Assembly (NCBI GenBank): GCA_037135035.1
Contig: JBAXLB010000004.1
Location: 1 to 60,403, forward strand
Reading direction: 5' to 3'
Length of the DNA stretch: 60,403 bases
DNA from: Candidatus Adlerbacteria bacterium
GTDB taxonomy: Bacteria; Patescibacteriota; Minisyncoccia; Phycocordibacterales; SBAW01
Position 1 is the first letter of the stretch; each line of letters begins with the position of its first letter. This document shows positions 1 to 9,633 of the stretch, piece by piece. The notes beneath the pieces were generated by a model. That model searched no databases, was not told the origin of the DNA, and saw nothing but the letters and a program-made list of their open reading frames with translations. The translations under genes and the position numbers were made by a program.

Positions 1-93
1 AAAAGTGTATGGAGACAAGGGTTTTGCGTGGAATCATATTGATACGAAATAAAAAATTTGTAGCCATTCTTAATTTTGCTATACTACAAGCAT

Positions 94-465
94 ATGGAAC
101 TTACAACTATACAGAGTCAGACCCCTACTCCTGAAACTAACTCGCCACTGACTCAACAAAAATGCATGGCATGCGAGGGTGGTGTCATTCCTTTTTCAAA
201 GATAGAGGCAGATATATTATGCAAGCAAATTCCCGGCTGGGATATTTCGCTTGATGCTAAAAGTATCGCCAAGCGATATGGTTTTAAAGACTTCAATGAA
301 GCTCTTGTTTTTGTAAATAAGGTTGGCGTTTTGGCTGAATCAGAGGGGCATCATCCGGACATATATCTGAAAGACTACAAATTTGTAGAGCTCACACTGT
401 CCACCCATGCAATTAACGGACTCTCTCAAAATGATTTTATTCTTGCGGCAAAAATAGACGCCTAA
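94..465 (+). CDS. pterin-4-alpha-carbinolamine dehydratase (PCD/DCoH family)
   Basis: ORF 76..465. The C-terminal EGHHPDIYLKDYKFVELTLSTHAINGLSQNDFILAAKID matches the PCD signature. The first ATG at 94 is preferred over the TTG at 76. Confidence 0.8.
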   Translation: MELTTIQSQTPTPETNSPLTQQKCMACEGGVIPFSKIEADILCKQIPGWDISLDAKSIAKRYGFKDFNEALVFVNKVGVLAESEGHHPDIYLKDYKFVELTLSTHAINGLSQNDFILAAKIDA

Positions 466-557
466 TGTACTAGTATAATTCCATTAAACTATGATTAATC
501 ATTCTCCCTGTTATAGTTCTCGCAATGAAATCATGGTGGATATTAATAAATAACATT

Positions 558-1685
558 ATGAAAGAATCTTTGACAAAAAAGCTCGATTTTATAGTCATAG
601 GCGCAGGTATTGCCGGGCTTTCGTGTGCTTATCACCTCACCAAAGATGGTTACAGCGTCATGGTGTTCGAGAAATCGGACGGAAAAGATAATGCAAGCTA
701 TGCCTCTACCGCGGAGATGAATCACGATCCGGACGCAAGCTGGGATAGGATCATAAGTAAGTTTGGTATTCGGGGGGCAAGGTACATCTGGAAACTTTCT
801 GAATTTTCTGCGCAGTTACTTACGAAATTCGCACATCGTCCGGGGTCGGAACACTTTTCGACCAAGCGAGTGCCGGCGCATATTTTTACCTATGACCAGA
901 AAGGCGTAACGCTCTTAAAAAAGAGATTTGAACTATATAAGAAAATAGGGGCACAGGTTACGTTCACAGAAAACGCAAAATCTCTGCACAAGAATTTTCG
1001 TTCCTCGATTACTATAAAAAACGAAGGCGCAACAAATAACCAAGCTCTCCTAATAGCTCTCCGGGCCGCCACGCACGAACAGGGTGGCAAAGTTATTTAC
1101 AAGACGCCAGTAGTAGATCTTAAGGTCAACAAGCAGGGGGTTGAAGTCAGAACAAAAAAAGGGAATATATTTCATACAAAGCATGTGATACTCGCGACAG
1201 GCGGAATAGAGCTCATTAATCTCCCGATCAAGATTGGGAGAGAGCGAACGTTTGTTGTGAGTTACAAAAAGCGAAATATGGACAAACTTTTCTCGTCTTC
1301 GCTCCTGTGGGATACAGCTGAGCCATTTCATTACATCCGTTCATTTGTAGGAAAGCGACTTTGGGTCGGAGGAGAAGACGTGGCAGAGGAATCCTATACA
1401 CCTAGCTCGGACAAAAGGCATATTGCTGCACTGGATAAATATTCCAGAGAAGTATTGGCACTTGATTCCTCATACGTTCTTGAAAAGAAAAAAAGTTGGA
1501 GCGGAGTTTTTTTTCCGACCGCGCGTGGATTGCCGTATATTGGCGACGTAGCCGGAACACCTATAAAACTTGCATTAGGATTCGGTGGAACAGGTATTCT
1601 TATGTCTTTTGTATCTGGATATCTAATTTCCTCATGGCTGAAGAAAAAAGAAATGAAATACAAACCGCTGTTCAAGATATGGTGA
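558..1685 (+). CDS. FAD-dependent oxidoreductase (DAO family)
   Basis: ORF 525..1685. Has an N-terminal Rossmann dinucleotide motif, DFIVIGAGIAGLSCAYHL..V.VFEK. The start could be ATG 525 or ATG 558. Confidence 0.75.
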   Translation: MKESLTKKLDFIVIGAGIAGLSCAYHLTKDGYSVMVFEKSDGKDNASYASTAEMNHDPDASWDRIISKFGIRGARYIWKLSEFSAQLLTKFAHRPGSEHFSTKRVPAHIFTYDQKGVTLLKKRFELYKKIGAQVTFTENAKSLHKNFRSSITIKNEGATNNQALLIALRAATHEQGGKVIYKTPVVDLKVNKQGVEVRTKKGNIFHTKHVILATGGIELINLPIKIGRERTFVVSYKKRNMDKLFSSSLLWDTAEPFHYIRSFVGKRLWVGGEDVAEESYTPSSDKRHIAALDKYSREVLALDSSYVLEKKKSWSGVFFPTARGLPYIGDVAGTPIKLALGFGGTGILMSFVSGYLISSWLKKKEMKYKPLFKIW

Positions 1686-1767
1686 ACTTTTACTCCGAAT
1701 TGGGGAGCTAAGATGTCGTGGAAAAGGGGCTGGAAAACTGAGGCTTTTAGTGTCTGATCAATACAAA

Positions 1768-1801
1768 TAAAAAAACTCTAACTTTTGTTAGAGTTTTTTT
1801 A
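1768..1801. terminator. bidirectional rho-independent terminator
   Basis: Hairpin ACTCTAAC-TTTT-GTTAGAGT is flanked by an A-run and a T-run. It lies between convergent genes. Confidence 0.7.
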
Positions 1802-1819
1802 TTTGTATTTAAGATGTAT

Positions 1820-2221
1820 TTATTTTGGCATCAAGACTGAGTCGATGACATGGATTACTCCGTTTGTACATTCTATGTCTGCTTGTACTACTTTGGCGTC
1901 GTTTACCATAACTCCATTTGCAGTGTCTATTTTAACTTCACCACCCTGTACTGTCTTTGCAGAAGTTAGACCCATTACATCAGAAGCCATTACTTTTCCT
2001 GCCACCACATGGTAAGTAAGTATAGCCGTTAGCTTTGCTTTATCCGCGAGGACTGCATTGAGAGTCTCTTTTGGAATTTTAGCGAAAGCCTCATCAGTCG
2101 GAGCAAATACTGTGAAGGGCCCTGCACCAGATAGAGTGTCTACTAATCCTGCTACTTGTACTGCAGTGACCAGTGTTTTAAACGATCCTGCCGCGACCGC
2201 TGTTTCTACGATATTTTGCAT
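1820..2221 (-). CDS. fasciclin (FAS1) domain protein
   Basis: [31 protein letters not shown] and the C-terminal [13 protein letters not shown] are typical FAS1 motifs. Confidence 0.85.
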   Translation of the reverse strand: MQNIVETAVAAGSFKTLVTAVQVAGLVDTLSGAGPFTVFAPTDEAFAKIPKETLNAVLADKAKLTAILTYHVVAGKVMASDVMGLTSAKTVQGGEVKIDTANGVMVNDAKVVQADIECTNGVIHVIDSVLMPK

Positions 2222-2313
2222 ATATTTATTTCAAGTTGATTAAGTATTGTTAATGCACATACAAACTAGTATCGCCTAGTTGGTCTATGCTAGATAGTAT
2301 ACACTAAAGCTAT

Positions 2314-2964
2314 ATGCATAAAAATATGATCACTATACTTATCGCCCTCGTTATACTTATTGGACTCTGGTCTATCTGGGGATTTTTCAGCTCTCGTGTG
2401 GAGCAGGCGGACTATACTGTGGTAAAGAAAATGGATGGATATGAAATACGCGAATATCCCGCGCATATTGTGGCGCAGACTACGGTAAAGGGTTCTTATG
2501 GAGAATCTATTGGTAACGGTTTTAGAATTGTGGCTGGGTATATCTTTGGCGGGAATACAAAAAAAGAAAGCATAGCCATGACCGCTCCAGTCGTCGCGCA
2601 AAAAGTAGGAGGCGAAAAAATATCAGAAAGTATCGCTATGACTGCGCCGGTAGTAGCGACAACCGAGGGTGATTCTCAAATCATCTCTTTCGGCATGCCC
2701 CGCTCATACACCCTTGAAACATTACCAACGCCAAACGATCCAAGAGTAAAAATCGTGATGATCCCTACCAAGAAATATGCAGCACTGCAATTCTCGGGGT
2801 ATCGCTCGGATGCACGGGTAAAAGACATGCAAGAAAAATTAGCTTCGGCACTTGCCCGTGATGGAGTGGCGACAAAGGGAAGCACTGCATACGCAGGATA
2901 CAATGCGCCTTGGACTCCACCGTGGATGATGCGCAATGAGGTGCTGGTGGAGATTATTAATTAA
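2314..2964 (+). CDS. SOUL heme-binding family protein, membrane anchored
   Basis: N-terminal TM helix. The IAMTAPV motif is duplicated (ESIAMTAPVVAQK / ESIAMTAPVVATT). YEIREYP and the overall length fit the SOUL/HBP family. Confidence 0.7.
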   Translation: MHKNMITILIALVILIGLWSIWGFFSSRVEQADYTVVKKMDGYEIREYPAHIVAQTTVKGSYGESIGNGFRIVAGYIFGGNTKKESIAMTAPVVAQKVGGEKISESIAMTAPVVATTEGDSQIISFGMPRSYTLETLPTPNDPRVKIVMIPTKKYAALQFSGYRSDARVKDMQEKLASALARDGVATKGSTAYAGYNAPWTPPWMMRNEVLVEIIN

Positions 2965-2975
2965 TCTTATTTTTT

Positions 2976-3374
2976 ATGTTCATAAAACTTTACGCAATCG
3001 CACTACCAGTATTCTTTGCCATCGACATGGTGTGGCTGGGGCTTGTCGCCAAGGGTTTTTACAAAAGTCAGATCGGGTTTCTTATGAAGCCTGATGTCAA
3101 TTGGACTGCGGCGATTATCTTTTACCTTTTGTTTATCGTCGGCCTTGTCCTTTTTGTTATTGCTCCGGCAATCGAGAAGGGCTCGTGGGTGCACGCGCTT
3201 CTCTTCGGTGCGTTGTTTGGTTTGGTTTGTTACGCCACCTATGACCTCACCAACCTCGCGACACTCAAAGATTGGCCATTTCTTATAACTATCGTTGATT
3301 TAGCGTGGGGTGCAGTACTCGCGGCTTCCGTATCTACCGCGACATACTTCATCGCAAGCAAGATCGGTTTATGA
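2976..3374 (+). CDS. DUF2177 family membrane protein
   Basis: Four predicted TM helices. The N-terminus FFAIDMVWLGLVAKGFYKSQIG resembles DUF2177. Confidence 0.6.
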   Translation: MFIKLYAIALPVFFAIDMVWLGLVAKGFYKSQIGFLMKPDVNWTAAIIFYLLFIVGLVLFVIAPAIEKGSWVHALLFGALFGLVCYATYDLTNLATLKDWPFLITIVDLAWGAVLAASVSTATYFIASKIGL

Positions 3375-4135
3375 GTTATTACACAGCGCTCATTTTACTA
3401 TTGTTCGCATACATGAGCCTGTGGTACTTGGTATCTTTGGTTAAAAAAAGAAACGACGTGGCTGACATAGCGTGGGGACTGGGTTTTGTACTTATGACGT
3501 GGACGTCTTATTTTATTTCTGGTAATTCAGGAATGCGAGGACTGCTGGTAGGAGTTCTAGTAAGCATTTGGGGACTGCGCTTGGCATGGCATATTTATAA
3601 CCGCAACAGAGGCAAGCCGGAGGACTACCGGTATCTAGCTTGGAGGAAAGAATGGGGCAAGTGGTTCTATCTACGTTCCTACGCCCAAATATATCTTTTG
3701 CAAGGTGCACTTTTGTTTCTTATCGTTCTGCCAGTACTGCTTATTAACAAGAATGCAGGCGGAGATATCGGTTTACTCGATTTCTTAGGCGTAGCGGTGT
3801 GGCTCTTTGGTTTTTATTTTGAATCTGTCGGTGATGCGCAACTTGCACGGTTTATTAAAAATCCGGAGAACAAAGGCAAACTTATGCAAAGTGGTCTCTG
3901 GGCGTATACTCGCCATCCAAATTACTTTGGAGAAGTCACACAGTGGTGGGGCATTTGGCTTGTCGCACTCTCTGTTTCGGGTGGCTTACTAGGTATCATT
4001 GGGCCGATAACCATAACATTCTTAATTTTAAAAGTTTCTGGTATTCCGATGCTGGAAAAAAAGATGGAAGAAAATCCAGATTTTGCAGAGTATAAAAGTA
4101 AAACAAGCGTATTTATTCCGTTGCCTAGAAAATAA
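3371..4135 (+). CDS. DUF1295 / steroid 5-alpha-reductase-like membrane protein
   Basis: ORF 3305..4135. ATG 3371 overlaps the upstream stop (ATGA). The YTRHPNYFGEVTQWWG motif is typical of the DUF1295/ICMT-like family. Confidence 0.7.
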   Translation: MSYYTALILLLFAYMSLWYLVSLVKKRNDVADIAWGLGFVLMTWTSYFISGNSGMRGLLVGVLVSIWGLRLAWHIYNRNRGKPEDYRYLAWRKEWGKWFYLRSYAQIYLLQGALLFLIVLPVLLINKNAGGDIGLLDFLGVAVWLFGFYFESVGDAQLARFIKNPENKGKLMQSGLWAYTRHPNYFGEVTQWWGIWLVALSVSGGLLGIIGPITITFLILKVSGIPMLEKKMEENPDFAEYKSKTSVFIPLPRK

Positions 4136-4141
4136 CGTAGC

Positions 4142-4579
4142 ATGCATAATTTTGATCCACGCTTTAAACCAGACCTTACTCCAAAAGAAATGCTTCGTCT
4201 TGGAGTCTTTGGCGGATTATATTTTTCTGATAAGCCGAAGGAATTTCCAAAAGATTGGTGGCGGAGTGCAAAATTATCACTAGATGGAAAACGGCACAAA
4301 GAACTGAATTATTTTGGCGTGAATGCCAGCCAGCCACTTTCAGTGTGGCTTGCGAAAGGGTGGATAAATCCACAAGATCCACGTGGATGGTTTCAGTGGT
4401 ATTGCAGATACTATATGGGTCGTAGAACTCTCGACGACGAGCGACAAATTAAAAGATGGCTCGCTATGCGACGACATATAATGCAAATCAAAAATAATTG
4501 CAGAGCTGGAGATATTTTTTGTCGGCCTCGCCAAAGACAAGCGTTATTGCATTGGGCCTATGACGCGAGAAAAATGTAA
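4142..4579 (+). CDS. conserved hypothetical protein
   Basis: 145-aa ORF with protein-like composition (GWFQWYCRYYMGRRTLDDERQIKRW). I could not assign a family from memory. Confidence 0.55.
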   Translation: MHNFDPRFKPDLTPKEMLRLGVFGGLYFSDKPKEFPKDWWRSAKLSLDGKRHKELNYFGVNASQPLSVWLAKGWINPQDPRGWFQWYCRYYMGRRTLDDERQIKRWLAMRRHIMQIKNNCRAGDIFCRPRQRQALLHWAYDARKM

Positions 4580-4898
4580 GGAAGCGTTAGCGAACACTTA
4601 TGTCGCGTAGCAAGACCAAGGAAATTTTTTGGTTTTTGCGCACGCGAGTCCGCGAGCGTGTCCGAGGCGCGCATCATTGGTCGTCAGGGCTCAATTCAAA
4701 ATACATTCGAACTTCGTTCAATACACACCGCAAAATAATGAGCCCGACGAGTATGTGTTGGGGAGATTATATTTTTGCGTGAGAAGAGGATATTTATAAT
4801 TCACCTAAGACTCCTAGCACGACATGTATTAATAGGTAATAATGTCACTACTGAAGGTCATTTTCATACGTATCTTTATTCTCTAATACAATTCACAT

Positions 4899-5642
4899 AT
4901 GCATTTAAAAGGACTTGTTGATTACGCCCAACCTTTGGTGGCAGCAGGAACGGTGCTCTCATTAGGCTTCGTCATCTCTGTTGGTATCGGGGCATATACC
5001 TCCTACCAAATTAAAGTGGAAAGTAACACCATCGAAGTGACGGGTTCGGCAAAAGAATCAGTCGTTTCTGACTTTGGACGTTGGACCATTAACCTTACTA
5101 CTGTGACACCTGTCGATAACCAACAAGTGGGGTTCGACCGGTTGGAGAATGCCTCAAAACATATTCTTGCGTATCTTGCTGGTCAGGGATTCACGAATGT
5201 AGAGACCCCTGCTCCTGTAGTCGATTCGAGTTATATATATCCTGAAAAGAGCGCACCTATACTTACTGGCTATACAGTATCGCGCCAGATAATTGTAAGC
5301 AGTGCTGACATTGATAAGCTTTCAGTGCTTGCAGGGTCGGTAGCTCCGCTGTCTGGCTTTGGGTATAACGTAACTACAAATAGCGTAGAGCTTACGTATC
5401 AAAAACTTCCGGAAGAAAGAGTCATGTTGCTCTCGGGTGCCATTAAAGATGCACAGGCTCGCGCGGAAGCCATCGCAAAAGAAACTGGAAGGTCGGTAGG
5501 GGCCCTTAAGTCAGCCACGGGCGGAGTAGTACAAGTCCTTCCTAAAGGCGGTGTTGATATAAGTGACTCTGGTATGTATGACACTTCCAATAAAAATAAG
5601 GATGTGATGGTTACTGTGCGAGCCAGTTTCATTTTGAAATAA
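4899..5642 (+). CDS. SIMPL domain (DUF541) protein, membrane anchored
   Basis: N-terminal TM helix. AIKDAQARAEAIAKETGRSVGALKS and the C-terminal V.VRASF resemble the SIMPL family. Confidence 0.65.
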   Translation: MHLKGLVDYAQPLVAAGTVLSLGFVISVGIGAYTSYQIKVESNTIEVTGSAKESVVSDFGRWTINLTTVTPVDNQQVGFDRLENASKHILAYLAGQGFTNVETPAPVVDSSYIYPEKSAPILTGYTVSRQIIVSSADIDKLSVLAGSVAPLSGFGYNVTTNSVELTYQKLPEERVMLLSGAIKDAQARAEAIAKETGRSVGALKSATGGVVQVLPKGGVDISDSGMYDTSNKNKDVMVTVRASFILK

Positions 5643-5725
5643 CGGATGTTTTGAATGTAACCTATATTGCAAAATAGGTCTGTATGCGTAGTATGTGCTT
5701 AGAATCAGTACGGGAGGGGTAACAC

Positions 5726-6130
5726 ATGACCGATTGTGATCAAGGAAAAAGTTTTGCTCAATGGAAAGAAGCAGCATGGCCAACTTTTCGTTCGGGAATT
5801 ACACTTCAGGAAGTCAAAGAGGTAGGTGCAAGATTTGCTGGTGTGGGAGTTGCGCAACTTGAAGGTCTGCGTCGTACTATGCCTCTCGTACGATTGAGGC
5901 AGGCTTTGATGTACTTCAGCAGAGTGTGTTTGGAGAGGAACGATATGAAGCTCTATTCACTCGAGCAAGTTGGCCTTGCGTACAATCGTCACAATGCAAC
6001 TGCACTCTGTGCAGTTAGAAAAATTAAGAAACTGCGAAAGAATGGTCCGCGTCGCGATGGCGACAAAGAGGCTCTTGCGTTGCTCGAGCAACTCTGTCAT
6101 CACTTTAAGATTTTGCTACCAACAATATAA
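5726..6130 (+). CDS. stand-alone DnaA domain IV-like helix-turn-helix protein
   Basis: RBS GGGAGGGG lies upstream. LRQALMYFSRVCLE..YSLEQVGLAYNRHNATALCAVRKIKKL resembles the DnaA C-terminal DNA-binding domain (R..AMYL...SL..IG..F.RDHTTV.HA..KI). Confidence 0.55.
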   Translation: MTDCDQGKSFAQWKEAAWPTFRSGITLQEVKEVGARFAGVGVAQLEGLRRTMPLVRLRQALMYFSRVCLERNDMKLYSLEQVGLAYNRHNATALCAVRKIKKLRKNGPRRDGDKEALALLEQLCHHFKILLPTI

Positions 6131-6157
6131 CCCCGGTCCTCACGGGGTTTTCTTTTT
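6129..6157 (+). terminator. rho-independent terminator
   Basis: AACCCCG-GTCCTCA-CGGGGTT followed by TTCTTTTT. Confidence 0.7.
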
Positions 6158-6187
6158 AAGATTTCGCAGACATGTTAGGTTTACTGC

Positions 6188-6730
6188 ATGCAAGACATCA
6201 CCTTTATAACCGGCAACCAAAACAAAGCCGACTATTTGGCTAAATACTTAGGGTTCCCAGTCAAACACGTAAAGCTCGACCTAGACGAACTACAGTCCAT
6301 GGACTTGAAAGAAATTGTCGAACATAAAGTCCGCCAGGCATACCAAAAAATACAGTCCCCAGTTATTGTTGAAGATGTGTCACTTGGCTTTGAGGCACTT
6401 GGGGGCTTGCCGGGGCCGTTCATTAAATTTTTTATTGACCGCATGCCGTTTGAAGCTATGTGCGCACTGGTTACGGGGAAAACTCGAAAGGCTACTGCAA
6501 CATGTGTGTTTGGATATTATGACGGCGAGATTTTAAAATTATTTGAAGGGGGGCTGGACGGAGAAATTGCAGAAGTTCCTGTGGGGGATGCAGGTTACGG
6601 TTGGGACAAAATTTTTATCCCCGACGGATACACACAAACCCGCGCACAACTAAGTGAGGCAGACGACCAAAAAACATATCTCCAGATAAAACCATTTGCA
6701 GCACTCAAGGAGTTTTTGCTATCAAGATAG
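6188..6730 (+). CDS. non-canonical purine NTP pyrophosphatase (RdgB/HAM1 family)
   Basis: N-terminal ITFITGNQNKA and F.P.GY..T.A.L motifs. Confidence 0.8.
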   Translation: MQDITFITGNQNKADYLAKYLGFPVKHVKLDLDELQSMDLKEIVEHKVRQAYQKIQSPVIVEDVSLGFEALGGLPGPFIKFFIDRMPFEAMCALVTGKTRKATATCVFGYYDGEILKLFEGGLDGEIAEVPVGDAGYGWDKIFIPDGYTQTRAQLSEADDQKTYLQIKPFAALKEFLLSR

Positions 6731-6766
6731 GAAGTTTTTTTGTGCTACCATTTGGCTATTAAACCT

Positions 6767-9211
6767 ATGAATGTGTGGAAGCATCTTAAACAGTACGACT
6801 TGCTGGCAGTGGTGTTTATAACAGGCGCTGCGGTACTTATTGTCGAAGTAACGGCAGTTAGAATTCTCTCTATCTATTTCGGCAACACTATATATACCGT
6901 GTCGGGTGTTGTGGGGGTTATTTTGGCGGGCCTCTCTGTCGGCTACGCGCGTGGCGGGGTGCGCGCCGACAAAATACCAACCCGCCTCGAATTTTTCCGC
7001 ACTATTGAAAAAGGCGGTATTGCTCTTTTGGTACTTTTTGCACTTATGTTTAAGGCTGCCGAGGCGCTTGCTGCCGCACTGCCGCTGTCCTGGGGGCCGT
7101 TTGCGCTGGCCCTCGTGTTGTTTTTTGTCCCCAGTTACTACCTTGGGATGCTTTCTCCGTTTGCTATTAAACTTGGCGAACGCGAACATCCACACGCCGG
7201 CACGGGGCGTGTCAGTGGGCAGGTATTTTTTTGGTCAACATGTGGCAGCTTGGCCGGGACACTTCTTACTGCGTTTGTTCTTATCCCGCAATTTGGGCTC
7301 ACAGCAATTATGTTTGGCACAACACTTGGTGTGTTAGTGCTTGGCTCTGGTGGGAAAATTTGTACAGACACTCCTGCAAAGCGCTCGCGGCATTTCGGAT
7401 TTTTAGTTTTTCTTTTTGTGGTGCTTGGCTGCATGCTGTATGTAAGCATGCGTACACCACCTGGTGTGCTGTTTAGTGCGGACGGCGTATACCAGCGTTT
7501 GGTGATACGTGACGGGACATACGCGGGGCGACCCGCGCGATTTTTTTATCAAGACAGGAGCGAAGACGACGTACGCTTCCTAGACGGCGACGACCTTGCT
7601 GCGGCATACACAAAATATTATGCGCTGTATAAAATTTTAAAACCCGACCTTACCCACGCATTGTTTATAGGTGGTGGGATGTACAGTATGCCCGCAGCGC
7701 TCCACCGCGACGCACCCGATGCACATATAGACATTGCCGAAATTGAGCCGTCGCTATTTTCGCTTGCACAAAAATATTTTGGTGTACCGAACGACCCGCA
7801 CCTTGCAAACCATGTTGTGGACGGGCGGCGTTTTTTGCAGGAAAGCAGCGTCTCGTACGACCTTATATTTAGCGACGTATACTATTCGCTCTATTCAATT
7901 CCGCCCGCCTACACAACAAAAGAATTTTTTACACAGGCACGTAGCAAGCTTAACGACGGGGGGATTTTTGTTGCAAATTTTATAGGCAACCTCTCCCCGG
8001 AGAATCCGTCACTAATATTGTCTGAGATTCATACCCTACAGGAAGTATTTCCCCAGGTATATGTATTTGCGACCGTGTCTCCAGACATTACAAGTAACCA
8101 AAATATTGTAGTCGTTGGTGTTACCGGCACGAGCACTTCTGCTGTGGCATTTCCTCACGTGCCCCCTACACCACTACCTAAAGATTTAAATGCGCACCTC
8201 GTGCCACTTGAGCAGTACAACTTCGGAAATTATCCAATACTGACAGACGACTACGCGCCGGTCGAATATATGACAGGTAAAATTCTCACCGACACTCATA
8301 TAAAAAAAGTTACTACCGCGGCTGCACCTAACGCCACTTCTGGCGCAAGCGCAGACCCTTCTGTCTGGAGCGGCGCGCGAGCGATGGAGGCAATTGCGAC
8401 ACAACTTTCGTTTGGTGTGCGTGCGCTTGGTACGCCTGGCCACCAAAAAACAGTAGACTTTATTAAAACTCGGCTTGCTTCTACCTCGGCACAAGTGTTG
8501 GTGCAAAACGGCACGTATACAGAAGCGGGCGTGCCACACCCACTTACAAATATTATTGCGCGCTTCGACCCGAGCAACCCGCGGCGTGTTGTTGTAGCAA
8601 CGCATTACGACAGCATTGTGCGCGCCTATGCCGACAAAAAAAGTCCCTATGCCCCTATGCCCGGCGCCAATAACTCTGCGTCGGGCGTTGCATTATTGCT
8701 TGAAACTGCGCGCATGCTCGACCAAACAAAGCACCCTGCTGTCGGAATAGACTTTGTGTTTTTTGATGGGGAAGAAGGTCCACAGTCGCTCGGTGCAGGT
8801 GACGGAGACTGGCACGCACTTGGCTCGCCATTTTTTGTTCAGCACTTGTCCGACTTATATAGAACAGCTGCGGGACATGCCCCCGAACAGGTAGCCGTGT
8901 TCGACATGGTGTGCGACGCGCATTTAAATGTACGGCGGGAACCATTGTCACTTCTCTCCGCGCAAAAACAGGTAGATGCATTTTGGAAGATAGGGCAGGC
9001 AATTGCGCCTGCGGCATTTGTAACAGAGCCTTCTGCACACATAAGTGACGACCAAACTGCGTTTGTACAAGCGGGAGTGCCCAGTTTTTTGGTAATCGAC
9101 TTCGACTATGCGCCGTGGTTTAACACGACAGAGGATACGCTCGACAAATGTTCGTCAGAGAGTCTGCAAACTATTGGTCGCACATTGACCCAGTATCTTT
9201 ACACACTTTAA
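6767..9211 (+). CDS. fused polytopic membrane / spermidine synthase-like / M28 peptidase (glutaminyl cyclase-like) protein
   Basis: ORF 6740..9211 (TTG); first ATG at 6767. The N-terminus has about 7 TM helices. The middle carries a class I MTase/spermidine synthase-like motif, LFIGGGMYSMP..DIAEIEP. The C-terminus has M28 motifs ATHYDS, PGANNSASGVALLLE and FVFFDGEE. Confidence 0.7.
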   Translation: MNVWKHLKQYDLLAVVFITGAAVLIVEVTAVRILSIYFGNTIYTVSGVVGVILAGLSVGYARGGVRADKIPTRLEFFRTIEKGGIALLVLFALMFKAAEALAAALPLSWGPFALALVLFFVPSYYLGMLSPFAIKLGEREHPHAGTGRVSGQVFFWSTCGSLAGTLLTAFVLIPQFGLTAIMFGTTLGVLVLGSGGKICTDTPAKRSRHFGFLVFLFVVLGCMLYVSMRTPPGVLFSADGVYQRLVIRDGTYAGRPARFFYQDRSEDDVRFLDGDDLAAAYTKYYALYKILKPDLTHALFIGGGMYSMPAALHRDAPDAHIDIAEIEPSLFSLAQKYFGVPNDPHLANHVVDGRRFLQESSVSYDLIFSDVYYSLYSIPPAYTTKEFFTQARSKLNDGGIFVANFIGNLSPENPSLILSEIHTLQEVFPQVYVFATVSPDITSNQNIVVVGVTGTSTSAVAFPHVPPTPLPKDLNAHLVPLEQYNFGNYPILTDDYAPVEYMTGKILTDTHIKKVTTAAAPNATSGASADPSVWSGARAMEAIATQLSFGVRALGTPGHQKTVDFIKTRLASTSAQVLVQNGTYTEAGVPHPLTNIIARFDPSNPRRVVVATHYDSIVRAYADKKSPYAPMPGANNSASGVALLLETARMLDQTKHPAVGIDFVFFDGEEGPQSLGAGDGDWHALGSPFFVQHLSDLYRTAAGHAPEQVAVFDMVCDAHLNVRREPLSLLSAQKQVDAFWKIGQAIAPAAFVTEPSAHISDDQTAFVQAGVPSFLVIDFDYAPWFNTTEDTLDKCSSESLQTIGRTLTQYLYTL

Positions 9212-9231
9212 TTTTTTGTGGTATAGTACAT

Positions 9232-9528
9232 GCAGCGCGTTGGAAAGTAGCCTTTGTTTCTTTATTGAAACAGGGGAGGAAAGTCCGAACACTCACTAAC
9301 CGCAAGGTTAGTAGCAAGGTAGCAGGTAACCCCTGTCATTCGCTTTTTGCGGGCGAAAGAGGTGCGAACAGTGACGAACCGATTTAGTTCGGGTGAAACG
9401 GCAAAATCCTTACCTGGGTGCAAGGTCGTGCTTCGTGCAAACGAAGAGTGCCGCTCGATCTCTGCGGCGACGCAGGGACCAGATAAATTACTTTTCACGA
9501 CAGAATTCGGCTTACAGACGCGCGCGCA
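9232..9528 (+). ncRNA. rnpB: RNase P RNA (bacterial type, compact)
   Basis: The universally conserved P4 strands are present: GAGGAAAGTCCG (9276-) and ACAGAATTCGGCTTA (9500-). GGGTGAAACGGC is also present. P1 pairing is GCGCGT (about 9234) with ACGCGC (about 9518). The ends are approximate. Confidence 0.85.
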
Positions 9529-9633
9529 AAAATGTGAACGCCCCCATACTCTGGGGGCGTTTGCGCGTCTGGCAATACACAATGCACATGTTGTTGCACC
9601 AGTGCGGGCTGACTCTCGGGTATACTGGTGTGT

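Noticed and set aside
4580-4898. 318-nt gene-free stretch with a CGCGAG-TC-CGCGAG direct repeat and a 60-aa ORF (4600..4782)
   Set aside because: The ORF is basic and low-complexity without an RBS. I found no convincing conserved RNA motif, promoter/terminator pair or stable long-range structure, so I treat it as an ordinary intergenic or promoter region for 4899..5642.
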